64,000 bases of DNA, taken from assembly GCA_977020255.1 (NCBI GenBank), contig CDROCS010000318.1, forward strand, positions 248,001 through 312,000, written 5' to 3'. This DNA comes from Obrimoposthia wandeli (taxonomy: Eukaryota). Shown here one piece after another: positions 22,669 through 35,939 of the stretch (position 1 is its first letter; every line of letters begins with the position of its first letter). The notes beneath the pieces are model-generated. The model saw only the letters and a list, made by a program, of their open reading frames with translations, was not told where the DNA came from and did no database searches. A program made the position numbers and the translations under genes.

Positions 22669-23349
22669 TTGAAGTTATTAAAGTTTAAAGATTACTGTTA
22701 AATTTAACTTTAAATTAATTCCTTATTCTCGTTCTTATAGTTACTGAGTATTAAAACAATAACAGTGAATCTCGAAATTCAAATGTTTTCAAAATCAATT
22801 TCAAATATTAAATTTTGCAATTTTAAAAAATATATATAAAACTATAAATAGCAACAACAATGAAAGTATTTGATTAATTTAAGTTGATAATTTTTTTTAT
22901 AAAAGTTTATTAGTTTACCATTATTTTACTTTCGTCAAAATTACAGAATTGTTTAGCAGAGTTGGAACCGGCCATTAAACCCACCCCCGGCCGATATTGG
23001 CCGGTAAATAAAATATTAATTTATGAAAGCTTTTATATTTTTTCAATATTTTAGAAAGCATCTTTATGTGAGAGCACTTGTATTCAATCTTTGATTTAAA
23101 AAATTAATATTAATTTCGTTGACATTTTTGCTTTTTATTAATCTGTTCGTAAGAAAGACTCTAGTTCGAGAGTTCTCAACAGTATATGACTGGTATGTAT
23201 ATGAGTGAGGCAAAAAGGTCAAGTTGGTCATAAAGTTTGACAAGGATTAAAGTCTAATTTAGGATTACCGACCCCATCTTTGATACGACGTAATGAAATT
23301 AGTGTAATTTCTTCTTTTTTTTTTGAACATATCTTTACTGCTTGGTACA

Positions 23350-23760
23350 GCCCCTATCGACCTATCGACAACATCAAGTTTTTGAATATCAAAATATCTG
23401 ACAATAACAGCCAAAATCTGTGCTACTGTGATATCTGTACATTTATCTATTAGCATCGAAAATTGATTAGTTTTGCAAATATTAGAAATGTTTAATTTTT
23501 TGTGATAGGATAAGCCTTCTTGTATAATATTAAAAAAACTTTGATAGCCTTCATATTTACCTGTTTTACAATTTGACTATCATGGAATACTTTCTTACAT
23601 GCTTTCACAAGGTGATCACATACTGCAAAGGGCAAATTGTGTTCAGAAATGAAAGTCTCAATTATTAATTCTGCCTTTCCTGTTATTTCACTATCCGTTG
23701 GTTTACATGTGTTGGGAATGGAGAAGAGGTGTATTTATATTTTTGGGATAGTTAAATTTA
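23350..23760 (-). pseudogene. hAT transposase fragment
   Basis: Reads ...FISEHNLPFAVCDHL... then FSMLIDKCTDITVAQILAVIVRYFD, resembling the hAT IIDESTD...LAVxIRYFD segment. Confidence 0.6.
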
Positions 23761-23937
23761 TTGAAATTTTAGTGTTGATTGTTTTTGTGAAAAGGAGTTG
23801 ATTTTTGAAAGTTTTAATTATTTCTTTAATTGAAAAATAACTAGGAGAAATTTCCTTAATTAGCAAAATTGATTGATTAAGTAAACTGCATCTTGACATT
23901 TTTTCAATCTTGATAATTTCAGTTATTATCAGTCCTT

Positions 23938-23983
23938 GACCGGCTTAACCGGTTTCGCCCTTCGGGCTTATCAGGGTGACGGC
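23938..23983 (-). ncRNA. Type I hammerhead ribozyme core (G8A variant, probably inactive)
   Basis: Minus strand reads CUGAUAA-GCCC-GAA-GGGC-GAA-ACCGG-UUAAG-CCGGU-C. Stems II and III are perfect; the 3' strand of stem I is absent. Confidence 0.75.
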
Positions 23984-24523
23984 AGATTTATCTCTGGCTT
24001 CGCGGTGGGCAAAGTGCTCGCGAAGTCAGACATAAAAAGAAAAAAAACAGTGAATAATAAATAATTATCTGGACAAAGTCGCCCAGATTACAACATACAT
24101 CAGGCCGGGAATTCGTCTCGTTATCGGCTAGCGTTCGTCGGAAAGCGACAGATAGCAACTGTCTCTGGAGTGCGGTTGCTGACGTTTCGGGTTTCAGTCC
24201 ATTCTCAGCCTTCTCTCCATCTCGCTTGACCTTTTCGACCTACACACTCTCTGGTGCTGCGGCCCGCTCAATCCCTGCAACATCATCACCAAGCTGGTCG
24301 GACTGATTTTTCTGTCCTCTTCTCCTCGCACACTCCCTCTCGTGTATCTCGTCTACATTCTAGCTGTGTTTGTGAACTTAGCTTCATACCTGTCTCTCTC
24401 CCTCTAAATCTGTACGATGATGATGATTGGTTGCTATAAATAGCGATGGAATTGTGGAATATAGGCAAGAGTTACAGACACAAAATTTTGCTGTGATCAT
24501 TATTTCTTTTGTAAAAATATTGT
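23938..24523 (-). mobile_element. Penelope-like/retrozyme-like insert (586 bp) carrying hammerhead motifs
   Basis: GC-richer insert between two copies of a 127/126-bp direct repeat (23811-23937, 24524-24649). A type I hammerhead core sits at the junction and a second degenerate core at 24181-24208. Confidence 0.65.
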
Positions 24524-25289
24524 GTTTTAATTATTTCTTTAATTGAAAACTAACTAGGGGAAATTTCCTTAATTAGCAAAATTGATTGATTAAGTAAACT
24601 GCATCTTGACATTTTTTAATCCTGATAATTTCAGTTATTATCAGTCCTTCACATGAATTCAATTTAGTAAATTTATTTTGCTGAAGATTCTATATATTCA
24701 ATTAATATTTATAACTGTTGCACATGCAACAAAGAAAGTATCAAGTGGTTTAGCAGTCGTCATAATATTAATACAATTTTATGTTTAGATGTAGTTTGAT
24801 GACTCATTAACAGAGTACTGTTTTCGTTTCTGATTTTCCCTTTGCAACAAATACAATAACACGTATCTTTTTCAGTTCAATCCTCCCTAACCAATCCTTA
24901 AATTAGGGAATTGCGAACCATTCGTTTTAAAAAATTTTTGAATACCAATTTTTGCTTATCTTTCTTGATGGAGAATATTCTTAATTTATGATTAATAATG
25001 ATGTGAGTTTTGCTGTTGATTGAAAAAATGTGCTGTTAAATGTTAACATCAGAAAATGCTGTTAACAGCGCTATTAAACAGCACATATTATGTAATATTA
25101 TTAACAGTAAATAATCTATATAACCAAACAAGCTGTTAGATTAAATTAAACAGAGCAGATGAATCAGTATAATCATATGCATATATCATAAGAAAAAAAG
25201 TCTATGAAACAATATATATTAAAAATTAAATTGAAACATACTACATATTGTATAACAAATACATTATATTGCTTTTAATTTTATTATAA

Positions 25290-25900
25290 CTTATTGTTTA
25301 GATTTGATCTTATATCTGTATGTAATTGTCTGTGCTTACTGAAAGATCTTTCTACTGATTCTTCTGTTATTGAAATTTTAAGAATTAAATTTAATAAAGT
25401 TTCATGCGCTGGAAAATTCGTAACCTTTACGTTTTTATTTTACATTGATAATAATTTTATATCAGACATTTCTTTTACAAGTTCATCATGCTTTATTACT
25501 GATAAAATACTTTTAGCCCGAGTTGAAAAGTAGTCAGTGTAAGGGTTCTCTCTATTTAATATAATTAATCTATTTAAAAAAAAAAGTTTTAAAATAATCG
25601 GATATTTTTCCTAACGGAGAAAATCAAAATAGGTTCAATCTTTTCTGCCACAGTTCTATTAATTTTGATTTTATAGATTTCGGAAGACCTAAATCAGTAT
25701 TCCATTCAACCAGTATTGAACCAGTACTACATTGTTTACCTAAGTAATGGCTTTTTTTCACCTTATAAATATCATTAATATTAAAAATGAATTACTTTCT
25801 GTAATACTACATTTTTCTTTATTAAGCATGTCCTCATGCTTTTTCATATGATTGCTCAGCGAGGAACTATGCAAATGGCCATTTGCATATTTTATTATTT
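25290..25900 (-). pseudogene. Decayed, internally deleted hAT transposase
   Basis: Zn-finger-like SSLSNHMKKH near 25850 and C-terminal dimerization-like EESVERSFSKHRQLHTDIRSNL near 25310-25375; in-frame stops present. Confidence 0.55.
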
Positions 25901-28592
25901 TCTTACAATAATAACATATAATATGTAATTATTTTTAGAATCAGAAAAATATTTGTTTAAATCCATTTTTCTTCTATTAATATTATGTAATATTAATTAA
26001 ATTAAACAATAAAAATGTTCTAGACTATTATGTAAGATTAATTAAATAAAAAATATTATATAAATAAATTTCAACTTATTAGTTTTTTTATTAACTATAA
26101 TGAAAATTATATAAATTATATAATTTATATATTGCTGGTAATTTACTGTTAACGGCATAACTTTTTGAATGCTGTTAACAGCCGAAGCTGTTACGGAGCT
26201 GTTAACAGCAGTGCTGTTTTTATCACTGATGATTAGTTAATAATAATGATTATATAATATGTAATTTACAATAAATAATATTAAAACAACCACTTTAACA
26301 ATTACAAATTATAATATATATTGTGAAAATATACTATTTGAGTATTTGTGAAGCATAAAATGTTGTATTAAATTTTTTATAGTATTTTAAATATATTTAC
26401 AAACTTTATATATAAAAATTTACTTAAAAATTAATAACATAGGAAAAAACCCAGATTTTGGTGTTTCCAAAAAAACAAACACAGAAACCAAGATTGTACC
26501 AAAAAAACAGATCTGAGTTAAAACAGAGCTATGGTTGTAATAAGTCAAAAGAATAAATAAAAAACTGTAAAATTAAATTTTCAAAAATGTTTATAGGTAC
26601 TAGACTTTTGTAAATAAATGCTTTCATTAACATTTTATGGATATAATTATGTCATTGAGAAATTGTGAATATGTTCGTCAGATTTATAATAAGCTGCAAA
26701 ATAATACTGATGTCATTAAAAAAACACAATTTAAACAATGCTAAATGTCATATATTTAGTAAGTTTGCACAAGAAGAAGTAGGGTTTTTCTGAAATGCAT
26801 AAAAGTGCGCATAAAGTGGGGAAGGGCGTTTGTTGGAAAACAGATGTATATAGCAGTATAATCTGAAAATTGTCATCAAGTCATAAATTGATATTAGAAA
26901 TGCATAGTTCAGAGAGAACACAATCGACTATTCAGGTATTTGGAGTATATAATGATATGTGATTTATAGGTTGATACTGCAAGTCACAATAAAAATTAGG
27001 CACTTAGGGAACCCTTAGACTTGCAGAAAGCAATTTTAAAAATTCGAAAAAGAGTCCCATTAAATTAGTATACAGAAAAAAAAGACTCATAAATACTGTT
27101 TATTATCATTGTAAGAACTTTACAATTTACATACAAACTAATACAATCATTTTAATTCGCATGGTAAAAATATCAACACCAGAACTAGACAGAACCAAAT
27201 TGATCCCTTTGTATTTGGTTTTGGTTGGATTCTTTATTTGAATAGTCTGATGCAACATAAATATGCCCTATTAAAAAACAATTAATTTTCACAAAAAAAC
27301 ACTGCGACATATTTAAATTTTCCTACAAAAAATAACAATGGCAGTTCTTTTTTCTAAAAATGATAAACTATTATTTAGACTTAGAAGTATTTATTTTTGT
27401 AACCAATGCTCTCAAATCCATAAGATATAGTACGACTCTAAATGATTTAAAGAACACAATATCTAAACAAAATACATTCAAATAAAAATTTAAAACAACA
27501 ATAACAAAAGTCGATTTTGTTTACTAATTTCTATTGAAACCCAAAATTGTTTGTGTACCTAAGATGTATTGCATAAAACCTCGACATTAAAAATCATTCA
27601 CTTGTGTGTACTGAATGACACTGCGTACAGTGGCCATAGATTTGGAGGGGTCAGTAAATCACACAAAGCCAATTATTTACAGTTTTGAAAATCACTCCAA
27701 ATTGGAAGATCAGTATTAGTAGCAAAACGTTATTCTCGACCTTCAGAACAGTATCATTATAAACAGAAATCTCTAACATGGCAAGAACACTATCAAAGGA
27801 AAACGGCATAAGATTTTATTTTGTTTTTAAGAACCAAACAGTCTAATAGTTTCCAAAAATTATATTCCTTGTAAATAAAACCTGATACCTTCTGTTATAA
27901 TGGGTACATAGTATTGATGCAGCTTTTGTATCTTATTGTTTCATCGATCGAAATAGTAATTAAACAGCAAACTAATCCCTTTCATATTATATTAAAAACC
28001 ATTGACTGATCAATTTGTAGTAGATTCGTAACATTTATAGTAATTCTTAACGTTAAATTTGAAAAGGTAATTACAAGTAAAACATATATTCATATATATA
28101 TATATATATATATATAAATAAGGTAAATATCTTACGTTAAAAGGAATAATAGATAAATGAAATGTTTTTACGAGTTCCAAATGATTTAATTTACTATAAT
28201 TGTGAGATTCAGTTAAACGATTAAATGTCTGAAAGTAATAAAATAATTATTAGTAACTATTTCATATGTCTTCTCACACATTTTTTGCAGATGACGATTT
28301 ACAGTTCCAATGCAAATGTGATCGAAAGCTATAAGGTGTGCTAAACAACTTCCCACTACCAGTGTTTAAGGTTTGCTTTGGATACAGTATAACAATATCT
28401 TTCCGTTAACCCAACTAAGAATTTATGAATATGGATTATGCATTTATAATTATCAATAATTGATTTTTCAAATATTTATCTAAAAAATGATTCAACGTGT
28501 GAATTTGAAATTATTGATTATCAAATTCAACATAATATGAATAAAATGAATAATTACAAAGAGCCTAATAATGTGCAAATATGGGAAATATT

Positions 28593-31475
28593 CAGTGGTG
28601 GGATTCAAGGGTTCGCACCGGTTCGCGCGAACCGGTTCCTAAAAATATAAAAGTTCGCAGAACCGCCTGAACCGGTTCCTGGACTACCTACTTCGACTGA
28701 AACGTACATAATCATCTGGATAAAAAATATATAATTTTTTAATTCGTTGATTGAACGCATTATTTATTCTTATTTATTCTTATATTAATATTAATGGGAA
28801 AGTCAAAATTTCGAAACTATTATTAAAATTCAGCAAACATTTAACTACAATATATTAATATTTAAACATAAAAAAATCCGAGCACAGATTTTTTCATGTA
28901 TATATAATATGGTGAAATGAACCTTCTACATATAACAATGGTTCAACCGTTTAAGTAAAATTGATATATATATTTTAATGATAAATTATATCGAGTGTTT
29001 TACATGTAATTTGTAATGGGATATTATAATATGATACACTAAATATTAAATTTATCACATGATACTGTTATTATAATATATTATTTCTTCAACAGATTAG
29101 CTCAATAATAATTAAGAATCATTTAATTGTAGATTTATCACCCTGTAATGAAGCGACAGCATAGTATAGCTGATTTTTTTTCAAAATCTCCAAAGACTGA
29201 TGGAAAGGAAAACTCTGAACAAACAAATTTCGCATCAGGTTCAGCAAGCGATAATATTTCGAAACAAGCAACATCATCCGAATATCTAACATTACAGAAA
29301 GAAACTTGTGATAAAACATCTGAAAATGCAAATCTGCAAGATAAAGAGTATGAAATTGTTAGGAATAATGATCTTCCTGACAAGCCGAGATGTTTAAGAA
29401 GAAATACGATTGTTTAGTTGTTATAAACAAGAAACTAGGGTGTGATTCATGTGCCAAATTTGATGCTTTAACTGGAAAGGATATACACATATCTAAAGAA
29501 TGGAAGAAATGTAACGTTGAAGGACACGGGAAAAATAAAGCCGTTGAGCAGGCGTCTCTTAGGAAAAAAATGAACGACCATTTTACATCTAAAGCACACA
29601 ATTTATGCGTTATACATCTGAAAGAACGCCAAAATGATGGTATTACCAAAGCTATTGATAAAATAAATGAAAAATTTAATAGCTCTACAAACAAAGTATT
29701 CAATACAGTTTATAGTATAGTAAAACGAAATCTACCGTTTTCTGCCGTTGAAGATGAAATTGAATTACAAATCAAAAATGGCTTAGATATGGGAGTAGGA
29801 CTTCATTCTCGAAAAACTGCTGTTAAAATAGTTGATCACATTGCGAAAGAGATCAAAACAAAAGTATTTGCTAAAATAATTCAACAAAATTTAAAAATTT
29901 GTGTTATCATTGATGAAGCTTCCACTATATCTAACAAGCCAGTTTTGGTAATTTTTATAAAAGTTGAAGATAGTGAATTTTCGCCAACAATTTTTGTAGA
30001 TTTAGTTCAGTTGGAGGGTCAGGATGCAGAAACAATATACACTACTTTGTTGAATAGTTTGAATAATGTAGGCTTTGATGACGAATATTTAACAAACAAT
30101 CTAATAGCATTTTGTTCCGACGGGGCAAGTGTAATGCTTGGCAAAGTATCTGGTGTTAGCGCCATAATTAAACAAGGTTTTCCAGATATTATCATTTGGC
30201 ACTGTTTGAATCATCGTTTGCAACTCGTTTTGGATGATTCTATCAAAGATATAAAACAGGTGAATCACTTCAAAACATTTATTGATGAAATTTACAAGAT
30301 ATTTCACCAGTCAAATAAAAACCAAATGGAACTTTTCAAAATTTCCGAACAACTTGGAATAGAAATTCTAAAAATTGGTAGAGTTTTAGGACCGAGATGG
30401 GCTGCTTGCAGTCTTAGATCAACAGTTGCAGTATGGCGTGCTTACCCAGCATTATTTGATTATTTTAGTAGCAAAGAAAAGTTCACAGGAATGGCCAAGC
30501 GTTTTGCAAACAGATATTTCCTTGAGGATTTAGCTTTAATGATAGATATATTAAAGGAAATATCATTACTTTCAAATGCTCTACAATGTAGAAATTTAAA
30601 TTTGCCACGAGCCGAAAAGTTAATAAGAAGGTCAATCAAGGCGCTAGAAATGATGAAAGAAATGAAAGGTTCTTATGAAACAAAAATTGACGAGACTGTT
30701 GCTTCTGATGCATTTCTTCATATTAAGTTTGTTCAAAATAAGAAATATATTAACCTTCCTCGCCAAAGCCTGTTAGATTCTATTATAAAAAATATGAAAC
30801 TAAGATTGATGGATTCTGATGAAATAAAAGCAAGCAAAAACTCCAAAGAAATTGATAACAAAATTCACTGTTTAGTAAACATCGTTAGCCCTGAATCATG
30901 GGATATTGATGAAGTTGTTGTATCGTGGAAACAAGCTGAAGAAAAATTACCCGGATTCTATAAGCAGTTTCACCATAAAATATGCGTTAACGATTTCCGT
31001 GACTATGTAGAAAATGTTATAGAAAACCGTCTCAATCAAGATGTTCCTTCTACAATACAAAAAGCAAAAAATATTATTAATACAATTGCTTTGAGTTCTG
31101 CTGAAGCGGAACGCGGATTTTCAGTTATGAATGTGATATATAGCGATAAAAGGAATCGTCTTGAAGTTCAAAATGTCGCAAATCTTATGGTAATAAAGTT
31201 AATTGGTCTTCCTCTTAATTTATGGGATTCTATGGATTCTGTTAAAACGTGGCTAAGAAAACACCACACAGCTGATGATAAAAGAGTGAAGCATTCATCT
31301 AATAGTTCTTATAATTCTAATGAATTATCAATCTGGAAATATTTGGAATATGATGGTAAATAAAATGATTAATTGGACTTGTTTATTATTAACCACACAC
31401 GGAAAAATTGATTTAATTCCACATCAACCGGTAAATGAGCGAACCGGTTGCTAAACAGTTTGAATCCCACCACTG
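28593..31475 (+). mobile_element. hAT DNA transposon (2,883 bp), KIAA1586/ZNF862-like transposase
   Basis: Perfect 16-bp TIRs (CAGTGGTGGGATTCAA / TTGAATCCCACCACTG), perfect 8-bp TSD GAAATATT (28585-28592, 31476-31483), and subterminal GAACCGGTT repeats. Confidence 0.95.
29148..31363 (+). CDS. hAT transposase, split by one frameshift near 29390 (89-aa ORF + 657-aa ORF)
   Basis: Motifs IIDEAST, CSDGASVMLG, WHCLNHRLQL, RW, and SSAEAERGFS with the C-terminal dimerization domain. Confidence 0.9.
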
Positions 31476-31539
31476 GAAATATTTAACATAAGTATTGATC
31501 ATGCAGATGCTAATTTTGAAAGGAGTGAGGAAAGATACT

Positions 31540-31950
31540 ATGAATGAAAACATTGATAATCCACCCAGCTATTTCAAACTATTTTTAAAGAGAGAATGAA
31601 AATATATAGAACAATATAAAATTTTATACATCCACAGATGAAATAAAAGTTATTATGGTCCTTGACATGAGAATGGGAATTTTTGAAGTTCCAAAATATT
31701 GCATGTGCAGGAGTAGTAAATATCGACTATAAATCATTACTGATGGCATGTCTCGTTCAAAATTTGAAGAACTAAGAAAATACTTTTATTTCGTTGACAC
31801 TGACCACCGACAAAACTAATGTAAGATATGATTGAATAATCAAGATATGTACACTGCTAACTGGATTTAGACAAGCTTGTGTTTCAACAAGAAACAAATA
31901 TGTCAGTAATGAGGATGAGCAAATTTTAACTTTCAAAGGGATATATGGAT
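31540..31950 (+). pseudogene. piggyBac transposase relic
   Basis: MSRSKFEELRKYFYFVD and DEQILTFKG match the piggyBac MSRxRF...LHF and DEQMIPFKG motifs; many stops. Confidence 0.65.
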
Positions 31951-31955
31951 TAAAT

Positions 31956-32100
31956 CAGGGTTTTCAACCGGGATCCATATAGACCCTGGACGTCCACAGG
32001 ATATTTTAGGGGGTCCACAGAAAAAAGAGAGTAGATTGGCGGTCTACAGAACATTTTGGGGGTTCATAGAACATTCTGGGGATCCTGTGAAGAAAAATAG
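31956..32100 (+). mobile_element. Left end of a hAT (Charlie-like) non-autonomous element
   Basis: CAGGGTTTTCAACC terminus followed by GGGGGTCCACAGAA-type subterminal repeats; the right end was not found. Confidence 0.4.
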
Positions 32101-34711
32101 TAAATTACTATATTAATTAAAATGTAATTATTATATAAATTAGAATAAAATAAATATACGTAACAGTTATAAATACGTAAAACCTTTAATCTTATTTTTA
32201 AGTTAATTTTTTTGATTATTTTGTTTAAATATACAAACTTTGTTAATTTTTTTACACCTTTTCTAATTCTTTACAAATTTTTCTATATTTTTGAATTTAT
32301 TCATTAAACGTTTATTATTAAATGGTAAGCTATATTTTAACTTTTTTATATTATGTAAATAAATGTGTTTGTATATCATTGTTATCACTTACTGCATCGT
32401 TTCTTAATTGGGGTGCAAATTTTATTAAGATATGACAAAAGTTAAATAGGTTAAAAAAGAGTCTTTTTAGGGCATGCCATTTAATAAATACAAAATTAAA
32501 ATTTTTCTATTTGTTGAGTTTTTTTAAAAAGCAATCAGAAAAAAATAACGGAGGGTAATAAGAAAGTAATATATTGAGAACAAGCCAAACAAAATGGCAT
32601 TCAAAGTATATAGCATACATTATGTTAATTGCTTTACATTAAAATTATTTTTCATGAATAAAAAAATACCCAATCAAACTATTTGATGTGTTTATGTTCT
32701 TGCTAACACAATTAAAAAATTATGCAAATAGTTAGTGCCATTTAAAAACTTCATTGTCAAATTTGACAACTATTTCAACAATTGCTGGCTTGAAGCTAAT
32801 TTGATGAATCTTTTTTTAAACTATTGTTGTGTATGCTCAATGGTTGATGCCCAAATATATAACATAAATAAAATATCACCTTATGGTAAAATGATTTGAA
32901 ATTGTAAATTATATAATTCTATAATGGATGGAATGGTTGACAGTGACCTCTTCGACAGGTTATCATTTCTTTATTGATCAGATCATACGAGCAAAAGGTA
33001 GTAAATGTGATTTTTTATTGGTACATTCAAAGATCTTTGATTAATTCGTGGATTATGAACAGATAATCTCACTCTTAAAGTAAATACCTGAAATTTTGTA
33101 CTTATGTTGCTATGATTCAGACGATTCAGAAGGGTAATATTTTTATGATAATAAATTAAATAATATACTTGATTACTTTAAATAAATAACCAATAGATCG
33201 TAAGTGAGATTCTCTCATAAATTTAACCCGAAAAGTCCAAATTAAAGTTTTTAAATCTTCTGTTTCACTAGACATTTGTTGATTTGATTCTTTTGATCAT
33301 TGAACATCGTCAAAAGACAAAAATGAAGTAAAATCTATGGCTATAAATAGTAAGCTATTGTATAAACCGGTTTGTCAATTATGTATTTTTCAAGTTTTTT
33401 CTCTCTAATTCCGAATAGGCTAAATTGCACGCGCCTGTATCTTTTTTAAATACATGTTTTGTATTTTTTATATTTTAAATTAATATTTAAATCCATAAGA
33501 TGTTAATTATGCAATTTAAAAAATTGCCACACTTTGCTTGCAGGCATGAAAAGGTTTAAACATATTAAGTTAAGTCAAAATTGAAACTGCTGTGATATAC
33601 ACTAAGTTTATTATTGAAATTATTTATTGTATATTAATCCAAATAAAAATTTAATCGTATAAAAATAGAAATTCAAGCATTTATATAATCAATAGCTACA
33701 CACAATAGACAAAAAATTCATTCATAATAGTAATGTTCTCTATATTAATATCTTATTTAGTACAATGTCAATTTTTGAAAAAATTTGAACTATCTTTGTT
33801 TATATAATATACAAAAGTTAATTTTAATTTTAAATTTATATTTAATTGAAAATTAATAAAACATATTAAAGTCATGTTTAAAAATGTATTTTATTAAATA
33901 AATATGACTTAGTGATTTTTGGTATAAATTTAATTAAAAATGCTTTTTGAAATGTTCGTAAAACAATTTTAAAAATTTTAATATAAATTACATAAAAACT
34001 TATTATGTAAAAATTTGGTCATGTAAGCATAATAAAAATCTGTTAATTTAACTGATATGTTGGAATTTCTGCATTTACATTTAATTTGAAAACATCTATA
34101 CATCTAATTATTTTAAATTTTATTTGCTGTTCATAAAAAGATATAGCATGAAGCTTATAGAATTAACACATAAATTATTTTCTCATGCAATTATTTTTAA
34201 ATTAAAAGAAATTATTATTTATTTTAAATTTCATTAAAATATATATAGATTTTTAAATGTAAATAATTTACTCAAATTTAGTTCAGAAATATTTTAAATA
34301 CAATATTTTATAGAAAAATTTTGAAATAAATATAATTTTTGAGTAATTTACAGTATTTTAAAGATAATAAAATTTAAATTAATTATTTTTTGTGACTTGT
34401 TTTCTTTTCTGATTTTACTTTTTATTTATAAAATATATAATTAGTTTTTATAAAATGTAAATAATTTACTCAAATTTAGTTCAGTAATGTTTTTTAATAT
34501 ATTATTTTATAGAAAAAAGTGGCAATATATATCATTTTAAAGTATTTTCAAGATGAAAGAATTTCAATTAAAAAGAGTATTTTATTTATTTTTAAAATTT
34601 GTTTCATGTGATTCTATTTTTATTAATTTAACATTTTTTAAAACACTCTTATAATTTTCAATGTATCTTATTCATCAAAAGATATTTTGAAATTTGTAAA
34701 AATAATAATTT

Positions 34712-34866
34712 ATGAACTCTAATAATGATAAAATTAAAACTTTATTTAATTGGTGTAATTTACAAACCAAAGATTGTCCTCATGTAGAAATTAAAAATTT
34801 TACAACGTCCTGGAGGAACGGATTGGGATTTTGTGCAATTTTACAAAATTACGCTCCAAATTTGAT
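34712..34866 (+). CDS. MICAL-like protein (CH-LIM-NPF-bMERB), exon 1: start of CH domain
   Basis: Encodes MNSNNDKIKTLFNWCNLQTKDCPHVEIKNFTTSWRNGLGFCAILQNYAPNL; GTAAGC donor, phase 2. Confidence 0.85.
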
Positions 34867-35362
34867 GTAAGCATATGTAATTATTTCTTTTATACAGAAT
34901 ACAGTATTTTTTCTTAAAATTTACAGGATTTGAACTTTGATTGTTTTTGAACTTGATTTTAGACTAGTTTCAATATTTATTTAAATGAATTACAATAATA
35001 TTAATTTTAGTTAATATTGTTACTTTTTTTTTCTAAAATTGATTTACAATTTACATTACTTTTGTAATATTTTAAAATTTTGGTCCTCTTTGTTAAAATC
35101 TGTAATTGTATTTTATTATTACCGTAATTTCCCCTCATATTTATTGAACTTGGAGTTGCAAATATTTAATATTTTGAAAAAAGTAATTCAATCATATTGA
35201 ACTATTTTTATGAGATTTATCTGTATGAAACTCATTAACCGGTTCTTTTAATGAACAGTTCTGTATAATAGATATTGTGCGTACATTTAGAAACAGAAAT
35301 TTAAGCGTAATATAAAAGTTCGCAAAAAGGTATTGCTACATTTAAAAAAAATAAAATATGTA

Positions 35363-35465
35363 CAGTAGAGCGCCGCTATAAAGACACGGCACTACAGGGG
35401 CACATCCGCTATTAAGGCAGGTTTGTCTGTCGCGTAAGGGGTGCCTCTATTGCGGCGCTCTACTG
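35363..35465. mobile_element. 103-bp MITE (pogo/Tigger-like ends)
   Basis: Perfect 14-bp TIR CAGTAGAGCGCCGC, imperfect to ~25 bp; TA on both flanks. Confidence 0.88.
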
Positions 35466-35939
35466 TATTTTATTCAATGTGACCAATAATAAAAGATAAA
35501 TCTCTACGCAAGTGCTAGTCACTTTTAATGATTCACTAATTTTTTTTGCTCTTATACCTGGTCATCAGTAACAACATCATCCTCATCGCTTTTACAATTT
35601 GCATTTGATCAATAAATTCATTCTCTTTATTGTCAAACATTATATAATCCTAGAAGCATTTGTTCTCTATTATTCCTTATGTTTAGTATAATGATATTGC
35701 ATGTGCTATCTGGTCTTCATCTGCTCCTTTCACTCCAATTTTTCTTTGAATAAATCCAACCTTACACTGTTTTGTATTGTAAAATTGTGCTTTATTAGAA
35801 ATTATATATGAGTACTGGATCTGTACTGAGTGATATCAGTAGAAGTGACAGATCAACCAGCAACACCTCCGATAAAAATATTTAAAAAGTGAAAATTTTC
35901 ATGTCTGAAAATCCTACATAATCAATAATAATATCCCAT

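Noticed and set aside
24181-24208. Second hammerhead-like core (CUGAGAA...GAAACGUC) as a functional ribozyme
   Set aside because: G8A change, poorly paired stem II and no stem I. Noted only as support for a Penelope-like origin.
34255-34520. ~198-bp-period partial duplication upstream of the MICAL-like ATG
   Set aside because: Short, degenerate and very AT-rich; no evidence of function.
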